Shown here piece after piece: positions 10,193-18,310 of a stretch of DNA of 64,000 nucleotides. Each line of letters begins with the position of its first letter. Within the stretch, counting starts at the first letter, position 1. The DNA comes from Longimicrobiales bacterium. Lineage in GTDB: Bacteria > Gemmatimonadota > Gemmatimonadetes > Longimicrobiales > Gaopeijiaceae. Below the pieces are notes generated by a model. That model was not told where the DNA came from. It saw only the letters and a list, made by a program, of their open reading frames with translations, and did no database searches. Location: the NCBI GenBank assembly GCA_965249725.1, contig CBDFMQ010000002.1:1120001-1184000 (forward strand), written 5' to 3'. A program made the translations under genes and the position numbers.

Positions 10193-10840
10193 ATGAGCCC
10201 CGTCCTGATAGCCGTAATTTCGCTAGCCTCGATGTGCGACCTCGGCCCCGGAATGCCGCTGCCCGCACTCACCGTCGCGCCGCTTCAGCAGGCCAGCTAC
10301 GAAGAGCTGTACAAGTCGGGCCTTACGTTCACCGACTTCCTGGAATCGGCCGAAGCCCAAGAAGACAAATGGGCCACAAACTACGGCCGTGACCACGTGG
10401 CGCTGGCGATGACCCCTCAGGCTCGCGAGATCCCCGGCAACTGGCGCCTTCTGGTCGTAGGCGAGGACTGGTGCAGCGATTCAGTCAACACGATTCCTTA
10501 TCTGGCCCGGCTCATCGAGGGCGCGAGCGGGCTGGACATGCGAATCGTGAACTCGAAGGAGGGGCGCTGGGTCATGGAGGCGCACCCGACACCCGACGGA
10601 CGGCCTTCGACTCCAACGGTCATCGTCCTCGACGAGGACGGTGACAAGGTGGGATGCTGGAGTGAGCGCCCCGCCGTTCTTCAGGACTGGTGGCTGGAGA
10701 ACCCCGACAACCTCGAGGGCCGTGAGAAGCTCAACCAAAAATTCGCCTGGTACGATGAAGATGCGGGCGGAGAGACCCTGCGAGAGATCCTGGAGATCAT
10801 CAAGGCGGCGTCGGACGGATCGCCTCGGTGCACGGAGTAG
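10193..10840 (+). CDS. Exported thioredoxin-fold protein (CxxS)
   Basis: Hydrophobic N-terminus, EDWCSDS, TPT, WSERP; RBS AGGAG. Confidence 0.75.
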   Translation: MSPVLIAVISLASMCDLGPGMPLPALTVAPLQQASYEELYKSGLTFTDFLESAEAQEDKWATNYGRDHVALAMTPQAREIPGNWRLLVVGEDWCSDSVNTIPYLARLIEGASGLDMRIVNSKEGRWVMEAHPTPDGRPSTPTVIVLDEDGDKVGCWSERPAVLQDWWLENPDNLEGREKLNQKFAWYDEDAGGETLREILEIIKAASDGSPRCTE

Positions 10841-10892
10841 TTACCGGGTAGGCTTGGCCCGCACGCTACAGGCGGGTCTCTAGGGCCTGGGG

Positions 10893-11774
10893 CTAGCGGG
10901 AAAAGTCGAGCCCGAAGTCCAGGATGGGAGCCGAGTGGGTGATCCACCCACTCGAGATGTAGTCGACCCCCGCCTCGGCGATGTCTCGAACCGTGTCGCC
11001 CGTGACGCTGCCCGAAGCTTCGAGCCTCGCGCGCCCTCCGACCCTCTGTACCGCTTCGCGCAGTGTTGCCGGAGGCATGTTGTCCAGGAGGATCACATCA
11101 GCACCGCCCTCCACAGCCTCATCGAGTTGATCGAGCGTATCGACCTCGATTTCGATCGCCGTCAGAGGGCCGTTGGCAGCCTGGGCGGCGGAAAGAGCCT
11201 GACGGACCCCGCCGGCCACTGTGATGTGGTTGTCCTTGATCAGTATCGCTCCATCGAGGGCGAGCCGGTGGTTCACCCCGCCCCCCGCGCGCACCGCGTA
11301 CTTCTCGAGCGCCCGCAGCCCGGGTGTCGTCTTCCGGGTGCAGCAGATCTTGGCGTGGGTGCCTCGGACCGCCCGGACCAGTCGGTCCGTAGCCGTGGCG
11401 ACTCCGGACAGGTGACCCAGAAAGTTCAGGGCGGTACGCTCCGCCGTGAGGATCGAGCTAGAGGAGCCTTCCACCACGGCGACCACATCCCCCGGAGCCA
11501 CGCCGGATCCATCGTCCAGGTCGAAGCGCACCGCCAGCCCTCGATCGACGAGCGCAAAGGTCAGCCTCGCGGCCTGGGCCCCCGCCAAGACACCCTCACT
11601 CCTCGATACGATCTCCGCTCTGGATTGGGCCGTCGGAGCGATGACCGACCGGGTCGTGATGTCCCCGCCCTGGCCGAGATCCTCGGCAAGGGCAGTTCGC
11701 ACCACGGCCTCGACAAGGACTTCAGGGAGCGGAGAGATGTTGCGCTCGGCCTCTGACTCGGCCTGAGGGGACAT
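10893..11774 (-). CDS. nadC: Quinolinate phosphoribosyltransferase
   Basis: TRKTTPGLR, NHR, IKDNH, EIEVD, LLDN, EASG. Confidence 0.96.
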   Translation of the reverse strand: MSPQAESEAERNISPLPEVLVEAVVRTALAEDLGQGGDITTRSVIAPTAQSRAEIVSRSEGVLAGAQAARLTFALVDRGLAVRFDLDDGSGVAPGDVVAVVEGSSSSILTAERTALNFLGHLSGVATATDRLVRAVRGTHAKICCTRKTTPGLRALEKYAVRAGGGVNHRLALDGAILIKDNHITVAGGVRQALSAAQAANGPLTAIEIEVDTLDQLDEAVEGGADVILLDNMPPATLREAVQRVGGRARLEASGSVTGDTVRDIAEAGVDYISSGWITHSAPILDFGLDFSR

Positions 11775-11779
11775 GGAGG

Positions 11780-12859
11780 TCAGGCCGGCACGCTCACGGC
11801 CAGATCGACGGTCTGTCTGTCTTCGACCACGATGTCTGGGCTCTCAGCCTTAGAGAAGCCTCTTCCGGTCGTGTGGAGGTCGACCATGCCCTGAACGGAC
11901 TGCCGGGCTCTGATGGCCATCTCCTCTGGGATGTGCACCTCGTAGCGCATCAACTGCAGGCTCTCGAGGATGTTTTGCAGGGTGATCTGCTTCATGTGTG
12001 GGCAGAGATTGCAGGGCCGGATGAACTCCACATCCGGCGTCTCGGCGGCCACGTTGTCACTCATGGAGCACTCCGTGACCATCATGACTCGAGGTGGCCG
12101 GCGGTCCTTCACATACTTGATCATGCCGGCCGTCGAGCCAGTGTAATCGACCTCGGCGATCAGCTCCGGCGAGCACTCCGGATGGGCGAGCACTACCAGA
12201 TCCGGCACGTCCCTTCGGTACTGCCGAATCTCGTCCGCCGTGAAGCGCTCGTGCACCTCGCAACGACCCTGCCAGGCAATCACCTCGACATCGGTCTGGG
12301 CGGCCACATTTCTGGTGAGGTATTCGTCGGGCAGCAAAATCACCCGGTCCGTGCCGAGCGACTCCACGACTTCCACCGCGTTCGACGACGTACAGCAGAT
12401 GTCGGATTCCGCCTTCACGTCAGCCGACGTGTTCACATAGGTCACGACCGGTACGCCGGGGTACTTCTCTTTCAGCCGGCGGACATCCTCACTCGTTATC
12501 GACGCGGCCAGCGAACAGCCTGCCTCGAGGCTCGGGATCAGCACCGTCTTCTCGGGAGACAGGAGCTTCGAAGTCTCCGCCATGAAGTGGACGCCGGCCT
12601 GAACGATGACCTCGGCTTGTGTGTCCCGCGCCTGGATCGCCAGCTGCAAAGAGTCTCCGACGAAGTCGGCCACGCAGTGGTAGATATCAGGCGTCTGATA
12701 GTTGTGAGCGAGAATGACCGCGTTCTTGGCCTTCTTGAGTTGGTTGATGGCGTAGATATGTGGTGCCACCACCGGCCATTCCACGGGTGGGATGAACTGC
12801 TTCACCCGCTCCAGTAGGGGAGCGGTCGCGCGGGCGACCTCGGGCGTGTATTCGAGCAT
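11780..12859 (-). CDS. nadA: Quinolinate synthase
   Basis: ILAHNYQ, GDSL, AGCSLA, YVNT, CEVH, HPEC, CPHM. Confidence 0.96.
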   Translation of the reverse strand: MLEYTPEVARATAPLLERVKQFIPPVEWPVVAPHIYAINQLKKAKNAVILAHNYQTPDIYHCVADFVGDSLQLAIQARDTQAEVIVQAGVHFMAETSKLLSPEKTVLIPSLEAGCSLAASITSEDVRRLKEKYPGVPVVTYVNTSADVKAESDICCTSSNAVEVVESLGTDRVILLPDEYLTRNVAAQTDVEVIAWQGRCEVHERFTADEIRQYRRDVPDLVVLAHPECSPELIAEVDYTGSTAGMIKYVKDRRPPRVMMVTECSMSDNVAAETPDVEFIRPCNLCPHMKQITLQNILESLQLMRYEVHIPEEMAIRARQSVQGMVDLHTTGRGFSKAESPDIVVEDRQTVDLAVSVPA

Positions 12860-13042
12860 ATGTTGCTACGTGGCGGGTCGGCCGGGGTGTTCGCTCAACA
12901 ACCACTCCGACCCGTCTTTGACTGGAGGGCCTTTGGCCCTCGTGAGTCCGGTAGAACTATGTGTGAATGGATACAAAATACCCGCTCTTGGGGTCCGTCC
13001 TCAAGAGGCCCCGAATGCACCAATTTTCACTAACTTCGGGGC

Positions 13043-14026
13043 TTATGAGTGGCCTTGGACCTCTTGCGTACGGTACGGCGCCTCCAGCCGCTCGATCTCG
13101 CCGGGCTCCAACTTCAGATCGACCGCCCTGACCGCCGCGTCGAGGTGCCCGAGTTTCGTTGCGCCTACAATGGGAGCCGCCACCGCGGGCTTGGAGAGTA
13201 GCCACGCGAGCGCGACCTCGGCCGGCGTGACTCCTCTGTCCTCGGCCACCGACTGGACCGCCTGCACGATGTCCCAGCCGGCCGGATCGTTGTACAGGGC
13301 GTGAGCATAGGTATCGGCCTCGGCGCGGGCGGTCGATTCACGATCGTCCAGCGAGGTCCGCGTGCCCGCTAGGAGCCCCCTCGCCAGCGGTGACCAGGGG
13401 ATCATGCCAATCCCCTCCGCTTCGCATAGGGGCATCATCTCACGTTCCTTTTCGCGATACAGCAGGTTGTAGTGGTTCTGCATCGAGACGAATCGTGCCG
13501 ATCCGTTCATGTCTGACACCCCCAAGGCCCGAGCCATCTGCCACGCCCATCCCGAGCTCGCGCCAATGTAGCGGACCTTTCCGGACTGAACCAGGTGGTC
13601 GAGTGCGGCCAGCGTCTCTTCGATCGGGGTCTCCGGGTCGAACCGATGGATCTGGTACAGGTCGATAGCATCGACCCCCAACCGCGACAGGCTCGCCTCA
13701 CACGTCTCGACGATGTGCTTCCGAGACAGCCCGCCGAGATTGGGGCCCTCGCCCATGGGAAAGAAGACCTTGGTCGCGATCACGAGCTCGCCCCGCGTAC
13801 CGTACTCGCGCAGGGCCCGCCCGGTGACCTCCTCGCTCACCCCCAACGAGTACATGTCTGCCGTGTCGAAGAAGTTGATGCCCGACTCTATCGCGCGGCG
13901 GAAGAAAGGCCGAGCGGCCTCTTCGTCGAGGACCCACGGGCGCCACCCTGAAGTGCCATAGCTCATGCACCCTAGGCAGATGCGGGAAACGTTAAGGCCG
14001 GTGCCGCCGAGTTTGGTGTATTCCAT
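13043..14026 (-). CDS. Aldo/keto reductase
   Basis: CLGCMSYG, FDTADMY, IATK, DLYQIH, GKVRYIGAS, WSPLARG. Confidence 0.93.
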   Translation of the reverse strand: MEYTKLGGTGLNVSRICLGCMSYGTSGWRPWVLDEEAARPFFRRAIESGINFFDTADMYSLGVSEEVTGRALREYGTRGELVIATKVFFPMGEGPNLGGLSRKHIVETCEASLSRLGVDAIDLYQIHRFDPETPIEETLAALDHLVQSGKVRYIGASSGWAWQMARALGVSDMNGSARFVSMQNHYNLLYREKEREMMPLCEAEGIGMIPWSPLARGLLAGTRTSLDDRESTARAEADTYAHALYNDPAGWDIVQAVQSVAEDRGVTPAEVALAWLLSKPAVAAPIVGATKLGHLDAAVRAVDLKLEPGEIERLEAPYRTQEVQGHS

Positions 14027-14175
14027 CTATCCGTCCACACTCCTGAGATGGTGCGTGATCCTGCGTGAGCCCCCCCCATCGCGGGGTCGATCTGCGACTC
14101 GAACCCACAGATAGTAGGGCCTCAAGGAAGCTCCTACATGGTGGATCGCACGATGTCGAAGTAGACGGATGGGCT

Positions 14176-15018
14176 CTACCTCAGGACATCTGGCGAGTGC
14201 GGCAGGGCATCGTAATCCTCGATGCTGTGCTGGACGATCAGCTTCGCGCCACGCTCCTCGACGAACGCCTCGATGCGGATCATCGAGCCCAGTGTAGCGT
14301 CCCTGTCAAAATTGAAGGTCGGCACCAGCCGCTTCGCCCGGCTCTCCTTCAAAGGGTAGAGGTCGCCCGACAGGACAACGGGGCCGTATTCCTCAAGATC
14401 GAGGAAGAGCATTTGGTGCCCCGGAGTATGGCCGGGCGTCGACAGGATCACCACCGAGCCGTCACCGAAGACGTCATGATCCCCCTCGATGATCCTGGTC
14501 GGGCCGTCCTTCAGGTCGCCATATGTCGAGACGTCGAAGCCCATCTCCGCTGCACCCTCCCGGAAGCCGTACTCGACTTGGGCTGCGTTCACCAGCCAGG
14601 TGGCCGTGCCTGCGAAGGCATTGGCGTTGCCCGAATGGTCGTAGTGAAGGTGCGACAAGGCGATGTAGTCGATGTCGGAAGTCGCGACGCCGATTTCGCC
14701 TAGTTGGACGGCCAGCGGCTTGTCCAGGCGGGCGAGGAAGCCATTGGCACCATTGTCGGGGCTAGCGATCTGCGCCTCGGCAAAACCGGCGTCCCATATC
14801 ATCATGCCGTCCGGATGGGCGACCAGGTAGCACGGAACGGCGAACGTCCAAGCCCGGCCATCGTATTCACCGCCATCGGACATGGCGCTGATGTCTTCCC
14901 CTGCCAGTGTGCCGCAATCGAGAACGTGGAGCGTCAGCGAAGGACGGTCCGCGACACATGCCAGTCCCGCCATCATCGCCGCTGCGAGTACAGCAACCAG
15001 CCCTGAATATTTGCGCAT
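14176..15018 (-). CDS. N-acyl-homoserine lactonase-family metallo-beta-lactamase-fold hydrolase, probable lipoprotein
   Basis: SHLHYDH, TPGHTPGH, SGDLY; signal peptide ending GLAC. Confidence 0.8.
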   Translation of the reverse strand: MRKYSGLVAVLAAAMMAGLACVADRPSLTLHVLDCGTLAGEDISAMSDGGEYDGRAWTFAVPCYLVAHPDGMMIWDAGFAEAQIASPDNGANGFLARLDKPLAVQLGEIGVATSDIDYIALSHLHYDHSGNANAFAGTATWLVNAAQVEYGFREGAAEMGFDVSTYGDLKDGPTRIIEGDHDVFGDGSVVILSTPGHTPGHQMLFLDLEEYGPVVLSGDLYPLKESRAKRLVPTFNFDRDATLGSMIRIEAFVEERGAKLIVQHSIEDYDALPHSPDVLR

Positions 15019-15055
15019 GTCGGTCCCTGCGAAACGGTCAGCCGTTCTCTGCCAA

Positions 15056-15138
15056 TGCCGGGGGTGGGGATCGAACCCACATGGGATTTCTCCCGGGGGA
15101 TTTTAAGTCCCCTGCGTCTACCATTCCGCCACCCCGGC
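15056..15138 (-). tRNA. tRNA-Leu (anticodon TAA), CCA not encoded
   Basis: GCCGGGGTGGCGGAATGGTAGACGCAGGGGACTTAAAATCCCCCGGGAGAAATCCCATGTGGGTTCGATCCCCACCCCCGGCA folds as a cloverleaf with long variable arm. Confidence 0.96.
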
Positions 15139-15220
15139 GACGTGGTGCTTCATGCCAAAGGAATCTGTCCAGGGCCGTCCAACAATGGGGTCGCCGGCAG
15201 GCGAGCAAGAGAGGCTGCGC

Positions 15221-16060
15221 TCAGTTGACCCCGAGCGTCATCCCGAACCCGACGCCGCCACCGCCGTTGGGACCTAAGGAGACTTGGCGGACCAGTCCAT
15301 CGCCCTGCGAATCGGAGTTCATCCCGACAAGCCGACCGGCCAATATGCCGACCGCTGCTCCCGCCACGACGTCCGTGGCCCAGTGCTTCCTCTCGAGTAC
15401 GCGGCTCACCGCGGTGGTCGAGGCCAACCCGTAGGTCATATACGGCACCCAACGATGGCTCGAGCCGAAGCGACGTGAGAGCACGGTCGCCAAAGCGAAG
15501 GCGTGTGCCGTATGCCCAGACGGAAACGAGAACCGGTCCCGGTCGAACGCGAACGGCTGAAGGAGGTCAGGATCGGTGCCGCGGTACGGTCGCGATCTAC
15601 CGACGGCGATCTTGAGGCTCAGGGCCATTGCCTCCGCGAGGGCCAGCGCCTTGAACGACATGATGCCGAACTGCTTGACGTCGTTGTTGTCGATCATCGA
15701 CCCGACGAGCGTCGTACCTCCCGTGAGCGCCAAACCCACGAGAGGCTCCCCCCAGGCCCTACCGAAGTCCCGCAGACCCGGCGCCCTCCCTACAGTGGCC
15801 GGACTGAGAGACGCGTCGAACTCTTCGAGGGGCTCCATCAGGAGGAGGGGTGCGAAGACGATCGATGCCAGAACGAGATTCGTCCCGGACAGGACGACCG
15901 CCGCCCGTGGGGCATCGCGCGACACCAGCTCCTGTGCGGACACCGGCGAGTGCGACCCGATCGAGACGATCGCCACCACGAGACAGATGGGTCCCTTACG
16001 CGTCCCAGCGGATCTGGACCCCGGACTCGTCCGGCATCGCTTTGCGCTGCGTCGGTTCAT
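15221..16060 (-). CDS. PAP2-family phosphatase
   Basis: KIAVGRSRP, SFPSGH, SRVLERKHWATDV; start uncertain. Confidence 0.85.
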   Translation of the reverse strand: MNRRSAKRCRTSPGSRSAGTRKGPICLVVAIVSIGSHSPVSAQELVSRDAPRAAVVLSGTNLVLASIVFAPLLLMEPLEEFDASLSPATVGRAPGLRDFGRAWGEPLVGLALTGGTTLVGSMIDNNDVKQFGIMSFKALALAEAMALSLKIAVGRSRPYRGTDPDLLQPFAFDRDRFSFPSGHTAHAFALATVLSRRFGSSHRWVPYMTYGLASTTAVSRVLERKHWATDVVAGAAVGILAGRLVGMNSDSQGDGLVRQVSLGPNGGGGVGFGMTLGVN

Positions 16061-16237
16061 TGAATTCGCTCCGTCCCCCTGAGGCGTCCCTCGCACTGCC
16101 TACACCGAGTTTCCGACAATGGGTCGCCTACAATGGTCTTACCATGGTCATGGCCCGGACAAGTCGCCATTCTATTGAGCAACCCCCGAAGGGGGCAATC
16201 GCAACAAGGCGCCCCGCCGCCGGACCGCAGGTCACCA

Positions 16238-16891
16238 ATGAACCCCGAGCGATTCTCCAAGCTTACCACGGCACTACGCAGGCGCCAGCCTGATCTTACC
16301 GTGCTCATGGAGCGGGTCCACAAGAGTCACAACCTGTCGGCCATCCTCCGCAATTGCGATTCCGTGGGCGTATTGGAGGCTCACGCGGTGCCACCCGCAG
16401 AGGGTCTGGACATTCACGGCCACACGTCTGCAGGGACAGCCAAGTGGGTGAAAGTGGTCCGCCACGGGACGACCCGAAACGCCGTGGAGACGTTGAAGAC
16501 CCGCGGATTCCGGGTGCTGGCGGCTCATCCCGGGCCGAACTCGACCGACTTTCGCGCCGCGGACTATACCCGACCTACCGCCATCATGCTGGGTGCGGAA
16601 CTCCTGGGCCTCAGCGAGGAGGGCATCGCCTTGGCCGACGAACTCATGGTGATCCCCATGGTGGGCATGGTCCGTTCGTTCAACGTGTCGGTAGCCGCCG
16701 CACTCCTGCTCTTCGAGGCGTTCCGTCAGAGGCAGGCCGCGGGCATGTACGACGCCTCTCGGCTCGATCCGGCCGAATACGAGCGCATCCTCTTCGAGTG
16801 GTCGTATCCACGCGTGGCTCGGCTGTATCGAGAGCGGGGGACCCCGTACCCTGCGTTGAGTCCAGAAGGCAGGTTCGAGCACTCCGGCTAG
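16238..16891 (+). CDS. trmH: tRNA (guanosine-18 2'-O)-methyltransferase
   Basis: RRQPDLTVLME, HNLSAILR, SAGTAKWV, LGAE, IPMVGMVRSFNVSVA. Confidence 0.92.
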   Translation: MNPERFSKLTTALRRRQPDLTVLMERVHKSHNLSAILRNCDSVGVLEAHAVPPAEGLDIHGHTSAGTAKWVKVVRHGTTRNAVETLKTRGFRVLAAHPGPNSTDFRAADYTRPTAIMLGAELLGLSEEGIALADELMVIPMVGMVRSFNVSVAAALLLFEAFRQRQAAGMYDASRLDPAEYERILFEWSYPRVARLYRERGTPYPALSPEGRFEHSG

Positions 16892-16909
16892 CCAGCCGTG
16901 GGTCTGACC

Positions 16910-18301
16910 TTACTCGGGTGCGGGTACCTCTCTACCCAATTGGTGGCGCAGAGACTCCTCCAGGCCCGGGTACGAGAACTCGAAGCCGGTTTCCTCCGCC
17001 ACGGCAGGCCTCGCTCTGGCACTCGAGAGGAGCGTCTCCGTGCCCATCTCCCCGAATAGCGCTTTCACGGCCAAGCTCGGGACGGGGATCAGCGTCGGAC
17101 GGTTGAGCACACGGCCGAGCGTTCCTGTAAACGTGGAATTCGACACCGGAAAAGGCGTGGTGGCGTTGACGGGACCGCGGATGGTGTCGGTGCGGATGAC
17201 GTGTAGGATCAAGCTCAGCATGTCGTCGTGATCGATCCAGCTCACGTATTGCCGTCCGCTTCCCAGCCGTCCCCCGACCCCGACCTTGAAGGGAAGTAGC
17301 ATGGTGCCCAAGGCCCCTCCGGCGGGGGACAGCACCAATCCGGTCCTGACGTTCACCACCCGAATCGCCATGCGGGCCGCCGGACGGGTCGCCTCCTCCC
17401 ATGCCTGGCAGAGCTTGGCGAGGTATCCCTTCCCGGGTTTGGAGCTCTCCGTCAGCACCTGGTTGCCGCGGTCTCCGTAGTATCCCACTGCCGACGAAGT
17501 CACGAGCACCCGAGGGGGCCGCTTCAACTGAGCGAGCGTCCGAGCCAGCCACTCCGTACCCTTCACCCTGCTCTGCCAGATGCGCTTCTTCTTCTCTTCG
17601 GTCCACCGAAGTCCCAAGAGCGGTTCCCCGGCCAAGTGCACTACCGCGTCCATGCCCTCCAGCCTGCTCGGGTCGTCCGGCTCGCCCGACGGGTTCCACA
17701 GGGCCTCGTCCGGTCCGAGCTTCGAGCCCTCACGCCGCAGCCGGACTACCTTGTGGCCCCCGGTCGTAAGCACGGCGCAGAGCGCTTGACCAATCAGACC
17801 GGTCGAGCCCGTCACCCCTACCTTGAGTGCCCTGTCTCCTCGATAGCGCTCGATTCGTGCGAGGTCGTTTCTCAGCCTCTGATGGCGGAAGGTGAACAGG
17901 CGCTCAAGCTCATGCTCCACCGTCGATCCACCTAGGAGCCGCCCTGCCATGCCCATCGGTAGCTCCCAGTCCACATGGTCCTCCACAAGACATCCACCGG
18001 TCTCCGTGGGGTGGAAACGATGCGTGTGGATCCAACGCGTGAACGGGCCCCGCACCTGTTCATCGCGAAACGACACCCCCTCCTCGAAGTCGGTGTGCTT
18101 GACCTCCCACTTCATGTCCGTGGGTCCTCGTCGCACTCGAAAGAGGATCTGCCCACCATCGGCAGGCGTGCCCGACCGCTTTAGGATGTCGATGCTCTCC
18201 CACGGCGGAATCAGGCGTTCGAGAGCCCCCGGACGCATGTGCCAGGCGAACACCTCGTCCGCAGGGTGGTCCAGGGAGGTTTTAAGGGTGAACTCTGGCA
18301 A
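16910..18301 (-). CDS. TIGR01777-family NAD-dependent epimerase with N-terminal SRPBCC domain
   Basis: FRDEQVRGPF.WIHTHRF (SRPBCC); TGSTGLIG, HLAGE, SAVGYYG, WIDHDD. Confidence 0.88.
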   Translation of the reverse strand: MPEFTLKTSLDHPADEVFAWHMRPGALERLIPPWESIDILKRSGTPADGGQILFRVRRGPTDMKWEVKHTDFEEGVSFRDEQVRGPFTRWIHTHRFHPTETGGCLVEDHVDWELPMGMAGRLLGGSTVEHELERLFTFRHQRLRNDLARIERYRGDRALKVGVTGSTGLIGQALCAVLTTGGHKVVRLRREGSKLGPDEALWNPSGEPDDPSRLEGMDAVVHLAGEPLLGLRWTEEKKKRIWQSRVKGTEWLARTLAQLKRPPRVLVTSSAVGYYGDRGNQVLTESSKPGKGYLAKLCQAWEEATRPAARMAIRVVNVRTGLVLSPAGGALGTMLLPFKVGVGGRLGSGRQYVSWIDHDDMLSLILHVIRTDTIRGPVNATTPFPVSNSTFTGTLGRVLNRPTLIPVPSLAVKALFGEMGTETLLSSARARPAVAEETGFEFSYPGLEESLRHQLGREVPAPE

Positions 18302-18310
18302 TCTCGCCTC

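Noticed and set aside
12890..12915. CAACAACC resembling the NAD+-I riboswitch core
   Set aside because: It is on the strand opposite to nadA transcription.
10841..15138. Integrative element or prophage at tRNA-Leu
   Set aside because: No integrase, phage genes or duplicated tRNA 3' end seen.
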